The notes beneath the pieces were generated by a model, which was not told the DNA's origin, did not search any database, and was given only the letters and a program-made list of their open reading frames with translations. A program made the translations under genes and the position numbers. Source: Oscillospiraceae bacterium (lineage in GTDB: Bacteria; Bacillota; Clostridia; Oscillospirales; CAG-272). From it: 45,617 nt of DNA. Below, in pieces: positions 1 to 7,672 of this stretch (position 1 is its first letter; every line of letters starts with the position of its first letter). The stretch spans positions 1 through 45,617 of the forward strand of contig SVQL01000003.1 in NCBI GenBank assembly GCA_015065365.1, read 5' to 3'.

Positions 1-1
1 C

Positions 2-1795
2 GTGGTCAACGAGCATGGAGTTATGATAGTCGATACCTTTACGGGACGTCTTATGCCCGGAAGAAGATATTCAAACGGTTTGCATCAGGCGATCGAAGCT
101 AAGGAAGGCGTTAAGATAGAGAAAGAGAATAAGACTCTTGCAACTATTACGTTCCAGAACTATTTCAGAATGTATTCAAAGCTCTCGGGTATGACGGGAA
201 CTGCTCTTACTGAGGAAACAGAGTTCCGTGAAATATATCAGCTTGATGTTATCGAGATACCTACCAACAGACCTATGATCAGGGACGACCACAACGACGT
301 GGTCTATAAGACTGTCAACGGAAAATACGATGCGGTAGTCAGGCAGATAATCGAATGTCACGAAAAGGGACAGCCCGTGCTTGTCGGTACGGTTTCCATA
401 GATAAGTCAGAGGAGCTTTCGCGCAGACTTAAGCGCGAGGGAATAAAGCATACCGTTCTCAACGCTAAATACCATGATAAAGAAGCAGAAATAATTGCTC
501 AGGCAGGAAAGCTCGGTGCAGTTACGATTTCTACCAACATGGCAGGACGCGGAACCGATATTATGCTTGGCGGTAACCCTGAATACATGGCGAAGAAAGA
601 AATGCGTAAGCTGGAAATAGACGAGGAGCTTATCGCTATGGCAACGGGAACTGCTGAAATAGACGACGAGGACGTAAAGAACGCAAGAGCCGTCTACCAT
701 GACCTTTACGAGCGCTTCAAGGAAGAAATAGCTCCCGAGGCGCAGGCTGTTAAGGACGCAGGCGGACTCTTTATTCTCGGTACTGAAAGACACGAAAGCC
801 GCCGTATAGACAACCAGCTTCGCGGACGTTCGGGACGACAGGGAGACCCCGGTGAGTCACGCTTCTTCCTCTCACTGGAGGACGATCTTATGCGTCTGTT
901 TGGTTCTGAGAGAGTTCTCGATATGGTTGAAAGACTCGGACTTCCCGAGGATGCGCCTATCGATGCGAAGATACTTTCGGGCAGAATAGAGTTTGCGCAA
1001 AAGAAGATAGAGGATCAGAACTTTAAGCGCCGTAAGTACGTTCTTACCTACGACGACGTAATGAATCAGCAGAGAAATCTAATTTATAAGCAAAGATATG
1101 ACGTTCTTAACGGTGAGGATATAAGCGATACTATACGCAAGATGATAATCGGAACTGTCAGCGATACGGTAGATACGTATTTACAGGGCGACGAGCCGAT
1201 GCATTGGGATCTCTTGGGGCTTAAGAACGTTTACATCGGTCTGCTTACGACTCCGGAGGATTTTGATTATTCCGAGAGCGAGCTTAAGCACCTAAAGAAG
1301 AACGATATTGTTGATATGCTTTGTAATAGAGCAATCAAGGTTTACGAGGACAAAGCAACGGTTATCGGCGAGGAGCGCTTCAGGGAAATTGAACGCGCAG
1401 TATTGCTTCAGAATGTTGATAGGAACTGGATGGAGCATATCGACGCTATGGATGACCTTAAGGACAGCATCAGACTTCAGTCGTACGCGCAAAGAGATCC
1501 CGTAAACGAATACAGACTCCAGGGTGCGGATATGTTTGACGCAATGGTAGCAGATATACGTGACAGAACCTCAAGAATGATTCTTTCCGTAACGGTAAAG
1601 ACTCCCGAGGTTAAGAGAGTACAGCTTGCCAAGCCGCTCAATGAGGGATTTGAGGGCGACGGAGAAAAGAAAATAAAGAAGGTTACGGTTGTAAAGAAGG
1701 CTGCAGAGAGCGTAGGCAGAAATGATCTCTGTCCTTGCGGATCCGGTAAAAAATATAAAAAGTGTTGCGGAGCGCCTTCAAACGCACAAAATTGA
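2..1795 (+). CDS. secA: Preprotein translocase ATPase SecA, C-terminal part (5' truncated by window)
   Basis: Motifs GMTGTA, TNMAGRGTDI, HESRRIDNQLRGRSGRQGDPG and C-terminal SEC-C GRNDLCPCGSGKKYKKCC. Confidence 0.99.
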   Translation: MVNEHGVMIVDTFTGRLMPGRRYSNGLHQAIEAKEGVKIEKENKTLATITFQNYFRMYSKLSGMTGTALTEETEFREIYQLDVIEIPTNRPMIRDDHNDVVYKTVNGKYDAVVRQIIECHEKGQPVLVGTVSIDKSEELSRRLKREGIKHTVLNAKYHDKEAEIIAQAGKLGAVTISTNMAGRGTDIMLGGNPEYMAKKEMRKLEIDEELIAMATGTAEIDDEDVKNARAVYHDLYERFKEEIAPEAQAVKDAGGLFILGTERHESRRIDNQLRGRSGRQGDPGESRFFLSLEDDLMRLFGSERVLDMVERLGLPEDAPIDAKILSGRIEFAQKKIEDQNFKRRKYVLTYDDVMNQQRNLIYKQRYDVLNGEDISDTIRKMIIGTVSDTVDTYLQGDEPMHWDLLGLKNVYIGLLTTPEDFDYSESELKHLKKNDIVDMLCNRAIKVYEDKATVIGEERFREIERAVLLQNVDRNWMEHIDAMDDLKDSIRLQSYAQRDPVNEYRLQGADMFDAMVADIRDRTSRMILSVTVKTPEVKRVQLAKPLNEGFEGDGEKKIKKVTVVKKAAESVGRNDLCPCGSGKKYKKCCGAPSNAQN

Positions 1796-1807
1796 TAAAT
1801 TACAAAA

Positions 1808-1843
1808 GCCAGCCGCATTGTTAAAGCAAATAATGCGGCTGGC
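1808..1843 (+). other. 15-bp stem-loop after secA with no + strand U-tract (stabiliser or weak terminator)
   Basis: gccagccgcattgtt / aaagca / aataatgcggctggc, followed by ggattt; the A-run lies on the 5' side. Confidence 0.7.
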
Positions 1844-1861
1844 GGATTTAAAGGTGAAAAA

Positions 1862-2569
1862 ATGGGATTTGGATTACTGTTTATTGGGTATTTTGTTGCT
1901 ACGCTTATGTCAATAAATATGATTGGTCCGTTTATACGCGTTATTGGGTATGGAATTGTATGCATCGCCACAGCAAAACTCAGCAATTACAATCGGTATT
2001 TCAGACTCGTACAAATAGCATCTGTGATTATGATTTTAGTATCGCTGCTGCTTTCTGTATCTACGGTGACTGATTTTCTTTATAATGAGCTTTTGATCAG
2101 TAAAAATATATTCGACTCACTTTATAAGGCAGTGATCGGGCACGTTGAATCCGTATTATCCTTTTTGTTCGGTACGGTGATGCTTTACGCAATAAGAAGT
2201 ATAGCAGTTGAAACGGAAGACAGTAAAATCGCAATAAATTCAATACGAAATTTTGTATTTATGTGCATATATATGGCTTTGTATATTGTCACGTGCTTAC
2301 CGTTTACCTATACGAATTACTTTGGAATACCTACGTTACTCGCGCAATTTACTTACATAATACTTAATCTGATTTTACTGTTTATGTGCTATACGAGAAT
2401 TTGCGATGAGAGTGATGTTGACATGAAGCGTAAGCCGTCTCGTTTTGCTTTTGTTAACAAAATGCGTGCAGAGCTCGATAAAAGAGAACAGCAAGCACTT
2501 GAAAGTCAAGCTCAGTACAATGAGGAAAAAAGGCGAAAAAAAGAAGCTCGAAAAAAGAAGAAAAAATAA
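1862..2569 (+). CDS. Hypothetical multi-pass membrane protein with basic coiled-coil C-tail
   Basis: SD aaaggtg; about 6 hydrophobic segments; K/R-rich tail. Confidence 0.85.
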   Translation: MGFGLLFIGYFVATLMSINMIGPFIRVIGYGIVCIATAKLSNYNRYFRLVQIASVIMILVSLLLSVSTVTDFLYNELLISKNIFDSLYKAVIGHVESVLSFLFGTVMLYAIRSIAVETEDSKIAINSIRNFVFMCIYMALYIVTCLPFTYTNYFGIPTLLAQFTYIILNLILLFMCYTRICDESDVDMKRKPSRFAFVNKMRAELDKREQQALESQAQYNEEKRRKKEARKKKKK

Positions 2570-2578
2570 GGAGCAAAT

Positions 2579-3955
2579 ATGAAAAATCAAAGCAAAATAA
2601 ATTTTTTGCCAATAGGACTGTCGTTAATATTTTTATTTAATCCCAATATTGCGGTTATTGACCTCTTTCCGGATTTTTTAGGATATATTTTTCTTTCGCT
2701 GGCAATAGTTAAGTTAGCCGATATAAATGAATCGGTCGCAGAGGCGGCATCAATATTCAATAAAATGATACTCGTTGATGCAGCAAAGCTTTTTGCAATC
2801 GTTTGGATATTTTGGATATCTCCTCCTTCGGAGGAAAATTCCGCCGTGCTTTTATGGTCGTTTATATTCGGAGTTTTGGAAATGGTATTCATTATTCCTG
2901 CATTTATAAAATTGTATAAGGGATTTGCAGAGCTTGGATATTTTCACGACAATTATTCAATACTTGGGGCAAGGAACAGAAAAAACAGTAAGATATCAAG
3001 AAGAAATTACACAGAAAAAATACGCTCCTTCACAATTTTTTTCATAGTTGTAAAAGCGACGTTGTCATTTTTACCTGAACTTATTACTATAAGCTTTTCG
3101 GAATATCTTGAATCACACGGTAACGGAATACTCTATGTTCTTCGTATGTTTTCGTTTATTCCCGTTTTTATTGTTGGACTCATATGGATAATTAAAATAA
3201 TTGTATACTTTGGCAGAATAACTAAAGATACTAAGTTGATAAATTCGCTTTCGGCAGCTTATAGAGAAAAAGTGTTACCGCAGAAGGGAATTTTTATAAA
3301 AAGAAACGTAAAAATTTCTTTTGTGATATTATTGGTTGCAGTTGTTTTATCCTTTGACTTCAGAGTACAAAACATTAATATCTTTCCGGACATTCTTTCG
3401 GCATTGCTTCTACTCGTATTCTTTTTATTTATTCGCAGAAAAACAAAGATAAATCTTATTGTACCGATAATACTGTCAGTGTTCGGTGTTATCAGCGGTC
3501 TTGTATCTATGATTTTCGAAATAAGGTTTTTCGAAGAATATACTTGGGATAGTATTTACAGAACAGTACCGGCAATGAATGCGTATACTTTAATGTGTAT
3601 AACGTCAATTACCAATTGTCTCGTATTTGCCGCAATATTTGTGTTCGTGCTTAGGGCTCTAAATTCAACAGTAACAGAGCACACGGGTATTATAGCTTCA
3701 AATAGCTCTGTGAATGAAGCGGCACGTAAAAGCATTAACAAATCGATCCACGCTGAGCTACGGCGGACGCTAATAATTGATGCGTGCGTTATGCTTGTGT
3801 ATACCGCTACTGATATTCTTTACGTACTACTTGCAAAGAATTTTGGAGCTATGATGCTTATAAATGTGATCGGAGCTGCAGCATTTTTTGCTATGCTTAT
3901 TAAAACCTATTTTGACCTTTACGAGGCAGTAATCTCAAGATACGCACTGGAATAA
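2579..3955 (+). CDS. Hypothetical polytopic membrane protein with internal duplication (two FPD motifs)
   Basis: SD aaggag; many hydrophobic segments; DLFPDFLGY and NIFPDILS repeats. Confidence 0.88.
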   Translation: MKNQSKINFLPIGLSLIFLFNPNIAVIDLFPDFLGYIFLSLAIVKLADINESVAEAASIFNKMILVDAAKLFAIVWIFWISPPSEENSAVLLWSFIFGVLEMVFIIPAFIKLYKGFAELGYFHDNYSILGARNRKNSKISRRNYTEKIRSFTIFFIVVKATLSFLPELITISFSEYLESHGNGILYVLRMFSFIPVFIVGLIWIIKIIVYFGRITKDTKLINSLSAAYREKVLPQKGIFIKRNVKISFVILLVAVVLSFDFRVQNINIFPDILSALLLLVFFLFIRRKTKINLIVPIILSVFGVISGLVSMIFEIRFFEEYTWDSIYRTVPAMNAYTLMCITSITNCLVFAAIFVFVLRALNSTVTEHTGIIASNSSVNEAARKSINKSIHAELRRTLIIDACVMLVYTATDILYVLLAKNFGAMMLINVIGAAAFFAMLIKTYFDLYEAVISRYALE

Positions 3956-3973
3956 TATTACATCAAAATCAAC

Positions 3974-4003
3974 GCATATTTGTTAATACAAAAGCAAATA
4001 CTT
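3974..4003 (+). promoter_or_regulatory. Putative forespore sigma (sigF/sigG-type) promoter
   Basis: gcata-N15-gcaaatactt resembles GYATA-N15-GGnAAnAHT. Confidence 0.4.
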
Positions 4004-4143
4004 TTAACGTGCGAGAAAGAAATTCCGCACACCTTTGGTAAGTGCATTTAGATTGACTGCAAACGCCTCCTTTTTCCAATAGCGAACGGTGCCGATTCCG
4101 TCAATGAGGGTATCTTCGTTGATTGATGCATTTGGAGGGTAGA

Positions 4144-4344
4144 ATGCGTAAAAAGGATGTTAAACAAAAGCACGACCAAAACAAATCGATCGATAATGAG
4201 TTCAGATGCGATAATATTTTCAAAACTTCCCAAGAACAGCCATATCTCGATTCGACAATGGCAGGCAAATGGGGAAGAGGTAAAGACGATTCGCCCGTAA
4301 ATCCGGACGAATATCCAGAAAATAATAATCCGCTGCCTTATTAA
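4144..4344 (+). CDS. Small hydrophilic hypothetical protein (66 aa)
   Basis: SD ggagg at 4134-4138, ATG 4144, GC-rich terminator directly after the stop. Confidence 0.55.
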   Translation: MRKKDVKQKHDQNKSIDNEFRCDNIFKTSQEQPYLDSTMAGKWGRGKDDSPVNPDEYPENNNPLPY

Positions 4345-4355
4345 ATTTCGATCGT

Positions 4356-4390
4356 ATCGCCCGCCGAATTTCGGCGGGCGATGTGTTTTA
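4356..4390 (+). terminator. Rho-independent terminator of the small ORF
   Basis: atcgcccgccga/att/tcggcgggcgat followed by gtgtttt. Confidence 0.75.
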
Positions 4391-4393
4391 TAT

Positions 4394-4424
4394 AAAAGAA
4401 AAACAGCCCTCAAACGAGGGCTGT
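4394..4424 (-). terminator. Terminator of tRNA-Leu
   Basis: acagccctc/aaac/gagggctgt with an A-run at its left (U-tract on - strand). Confidence 0.8.
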
Positions 4425-4425
4425 C

Positions 4426-4512
4426 TGGTGCCGGTGGTCGGGGTCGAACCGACACGGTATCGCTACCACTGGATTTTGAGTCCAGCACGTCTGCCAATTC
4501 CATCACACCGGC
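4426..4512 (-). tRNA. tRNA-Leu (anticodon CAA), long variable arm, encoded CCA
   Basis: Reverse complement GCCGGTG...ctgga-ctCAAaa-tccag...gtcgg-ttcgacc-ccgac-CACCGGCA-CCA. Confidence 0.97.
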
Positions 4513-4530
4513 AAGTTATCAACGACAAGT

Positions 4531-4560
4531 ATTATACCATAAAACATAATTAAAAGTCAA
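4531..4560 (-). promoter_or_regulatory. Sigma-A promoter of tRNA-Leu
   Basis: TTGACT-N18-TATAAT with extended TG on - strand. Confidence 0.75.
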
Positions 4561-4642
4561 TAGGTTTATCAAAATTATTTTTTAGAAAGTTTTTTTGTTT
4601 TCTTTACATAATATTGTTTTTTTTAAACCGTTATAAATATGT

Positions 4643-4671
4643 TTGACTTTTAGCATGATTAGTGTTATAAT
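4643..4671 (+). promoter_or_regulatory. Sigma-A promoter of alr
   Basis: TTGACT-N17-TATAAT with extended TG. Confidence 0.8.
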
Positions 4672-4708
4672 ATTTTTGTTAGTATATATACTTGGAAAGG
4701 ATACTAAA

Positions 4709-5896
4709 ATGTATAGCTATTGGAAAAGAACGTGGGCGGAAATAAACCTTGATAATCTTTTACATAATTTCAATACATTGAAAGCAAATTTACCCCCTGA
4801 TACCGCTACTTGTTGTGTTATAAAGGCAAATGCCTACGGTCATTACGCGCCCACACTTGCAAAAGTACTTGAACGCGAAGGTACAGATTCCTTTGCTGTT
4901 TCAAATATCGAAGAAGCATTACAGCTTAGAGAGGTAGGGATAACCAAACCGATACTTATTTTGGGCTACACACCAACAGAATGCGCTTGTTTGTTGGCAA
5001 AAAAAGGCATATCGCAGTGCATTTATTCTTACGATTATGCTATGGAATTAGCTGAATTTGCAGCCGCTTCCGGCGTTCGTGTAAGAGTACATGTAAAAAT
5101 AGATACGGGAATGGGCAGAATCGGTTTTAACTGTGTTGACGGAATTGATAATTCGCTTGAGGAGATTTTAAAGTTAAGTAGACTTGATTCGTTTGAATAT
5201 GAGGGAATTTTTACTCATTTTGCCGTTGCTGATATGGGCGAGTCGGGAAAAAACTTTACAGAGGCACAATATAAAAGATTTATATACGTAACAGAGGCAT
5301 TAAAGGAAAAGGGAATTACTTTTAAATACACGCACTGCGCAAATAGCGCAGCGGTTATTGACTACCCTACGATTGGCATGAATATGGCTCGATTTGGGAT
5401 AGCATTGTACGGTCTGGCTCCGTCTGAGCAATTAATAAACCAACCTTTACTCAAGCCCGTAATGTCATTGAAAACGGTCGTTTCGCACGTAAAATTTATC
5501 GAGGCAGGCGCGACTGTGAGTTACGGATGCGAGTTCGTTGCCCAAAAGCGCACTAAAGTTGCAACTGTACCCATGGGATACGCAGACGGATTTTGGCGAG
5601 CGAATAAGAAAATGTCACTTACTCTAAACGGTGTAAAAGTGCCGATAATCGGAAGAATATGTATGGATCAGCTAATGCTTGATGTAAGTGACTTGGAAAA
5701 CGTGCGAGTCGGGGACGAGGTTACGGTTTTCGGATACGGCGAGGGAGTAAACACAGCTGACGATTTTGCAACTGCAAACAGTACTATTAATTACGAAATA
5801 GTATGCTCGGTTGGAAAGCGAGTACCGAGAGTATTCATTGAAAACGGCGAGGTTATCGGAGTACATTTGGGAGTCCTTGATACCGTTATAAATTAA
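4709..5896 (+). CDS. alr: Alanine racemase
   Basis: VIKANAYGH (PLP lysine), HVKIDTGMGRIG, GYADG, GRICMDQ, TINYE; start moved to ATG 4709 after SD aaagga. Confidence 0.97.
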   Translation: MYSYWKRTWAEINLDNLLHNFNTLKANLPPDTATCCVIKANAYGHYAPTLAKVLEREGTDSFAVSNIEEALQLREVGITKPILILGYTPTECACLLAKKGISQCIYSYDYAMELAEFAAASGVRVRVHVKIDTGMGRIGFNCVDGIDNSLEEILKLSRLDSFEYEGIFTHFAVADMGESGKNFTEAQYKRFIYVTEALKEKGITFKYTHCANSAAVIDYPTIGMNMARFGIALYGLAPSEQLINQPLLKPVMSLKTVVSHVKFIEAGATVSYGCEFVAQKRTKVATVPMGYADGFWRANKKMSLTLNGVKVPIIGRICMDQLMLDVSDLENVRVGDEVTVFGYGEGVNTADDFATANSTINYEIVCSVGKRVPRVFIENGEVIGVHLGVLDTVIN

Positions 5897-5901
5897 ATTG
5901 G

Positions 5902-5949
5902 ACAAAAAACACCGCTTTGGTTAAAGAAAAACCGAAGCGGTGTTTTTGT
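5902..5949. terminator. Bidirectional terminator between alr and ruvB
   Basis: aaaaaacaccgctttggtt...aaccgaagcggtgttttt. Confidence 0.85.
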
Positions 5950-5950
5950 G

Positions 5951-7027
5951 CTATTCCGTAAAAATATCTAATTGATTTGCGTTTTGATTGACTTTTTGAG
6001 AGTGAGGGGGATTGTAGGTGAGTCCGAGATGCTCATATGCAAGACGTGTTACGCAACGTCCGCGGGGAGTACGGCTCATATATCCGATTTGAAGAAGATA
6101 CGGCTCATATACGTCCTCAAGAGTAATAGCTTCCTCGCCCACAGTTGCTGCAAGAGTATCAAGACCTACCGGACCGCCATCATAGAACTTGATAATTGTT
6201 TCAAGCATTTTTCTGTCTGTATTATCTAGTCCAAGTTGGTCGATTTCGAGCTTTTGTAACGCGTAGTTAGCGATACTACTGTCAATTTGCGACGAGCCGC
6301 GAACCTGCGCAAAATCGCGAACTCTTTTTAAAAGTCTGTTGGCAATACGGGGAGTTCCTCGAGATCTTGATGCGATTTCATAAGCTCCGTCATCAGTTAT
6401 TGGTAATCCGAGGATTCCGGCGCTGCGCTTGACGATTGTCGTAAGCTCCTCCGGAGAATATAGCTCCAGCTTTAGCATGACTCCAAAACGATCGCGCAAA
6501 GGAGTGGTTAGTTGACCTGCGCGTGTAGTAGCTCCGATCAGCGTGAACCGCGGCAAGTCAATTCGTATGCTTCTTGCAGCAGGTCCCTTGCCTATAATTA
6601 TGTCCAATGCATTATCTTCCATTGCAGGATAAAGTATTTCTTCTACCGAGCGTGAAAGACGGTGAATCTCGTCAATAAAAAGCACGTCTCCCTCGGAAAG
6701 ATTTGTAAGCAACGCCGCAAGATCTCCTTGCTTTTCAATCGCGGGCCCTGAAGTAATGCGGATGTTAACTCCCATTTCGTTAGCTATAATATTTGAAAGC
6801 GTAGTCTTACCAAGACCGGGAGGGCCGTAAAGAAGCACGTGGTCAAGATTCTCGCCACGTAGTTTTGCGGCTTCTATGTATATCTTTAGATTTTCTTTTG
6901 CCTTCTCCTGCCCTATATAATCATCAAGTGTTTTCGGGCGCAGTGAAACTTCCGAATCATTATCTTCTCCTAAAGACGCGGTACTCATTATTCTATTTTC
7001 AAAATCGTATTCCTGTGAAAAATCCAT
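5951..7027 (-). CDS. ruvB: Holliday junction branch migration helicase RuvB
   Basis: [39 protein letters not shown]. Confidence 0.99.
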   Translation of the reverse strand: MDFSQEYDFENRIMSTASLGEDNDSEVSLRPKTLDDYIGQEKAKENLKIYIEAAKLRGENLDHVLLYGPPGLGKTTLSNIIANEMGVNIRITSGPAIEKQGDLAALLTNLSEGDVLFIDEIHRLSRSVEEILYPAMEDNALDIIIGKGPAARSIRIDLPRFTLIGATTRAGQLTTPLRDRFGVMLKLELYSPEELTTIVKRSAGILGLPITDDGAYEIASRSRGTPRIANRLLKRVRDFAQVRGSSQIDSSIANYALQKLEIDQLGLDNTDRKMLETIIKFYDGGPVGLDTLAATVGEEAITLEDVYEPYLLQIGYMSRTPRGRCVTRLAYEHLGLTYNPPHSQKVNQNANQLDIFTE

Positions 7028-7054
7028 ATGTTTTACCTCGAAAGCTTAATTTGA

Positions 7055-7672
7055 TTATCTCATCAGCTTTTTAAGCGCGAGCTTTATTATTTCATCCAAT
7101 TCAAGTGAATTCAAATCTATGCCGCGCAAAGCGGAGAGTGCTTCGTTTTTAGAATATCCAAGAACTGCCAACGCATCCTGCGCATCAGATAATTTAGAAC
7201 CGGATGCTACGCTTACAGCAGTGGTATCGGACTCATCGAAATCGTCAATAACTGTATTCTTCAGCTTATCCTTAAGTTCAAGAATAATTCTTGCCGCAGT
7301 TTTAGGGCCAATTCCGTTTGATTGTGCAATAGCCTTTTTATCATCAGTGCATATAGCCACAGCAAGCTTGGCGGGAGAAAGTTGAGAGAGAACTGATATT
7401 GCCGCTTTAGGGCCAACACCCGATACGGTAATCAACATTTTAAAGGCTGACAGTTCCTCTTGTGAAATAAATCCAAAGAGCTCAACGTCATCCTCACGTA
7501 CCGCCATATAGCTATATAACCTTACCATAGGCATTTCCGTAACACTTCTATGAGGAGGCATAGCAGAATAGGTATTTTGTGAAATTGTCATTTTGTATCC
7601 GACACCGCCTGCATCAATTACCGCAAAAGCAGGTTCAAGTGCCGCAAGCTTTCCGCTGATGTAATAAAACAT
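7055..7672 (-). CDS. ruvA: Holliday junction branch migration protein RuvA
   Basis: GGVGY, VRED..LFGF, VSGVGPKAA, GIGPKTAARIILELKDK, ALAVLGY. Confidence 0.98.
   Translation of the reverse strand: MFYYISGKLAALEPAFAVIDAGGVGYKMTISQNTYSAMPPHRSVTEMPMVRLYSYMAVREDDVELFGFISQEELSAFKMLITVSGVGPKAAISVLSQLSPAKLAVAICTDDKKAIAQSNGIGPKTAARIILELKDKLKNTVIDDFDESDTTAVSVASGSKLSDAQDALAVLGYSKNEALSALRGIDLNSLELDEIIKLALKKLMR

Noticed and set aside
3956-4390. tmRNA, RNase P RNA or a known riboswitch in this intergenic region
   Set aside because: No tRNA-like tmRNA ends, no GAGGAAAGUCC, and no SAM, TPP, cobalamin or c-di-GMP core motifs recognised
4426-4445. tRNA-Leu 3' end as an integration site
   Set aside because: No duplicated tRNA 3' end and no integrase seen in the window
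4048-4506. 152-aa minus-strand ORF
   Set aside because: Starts inside tRNA-Leu and runs through two terminators; spurious
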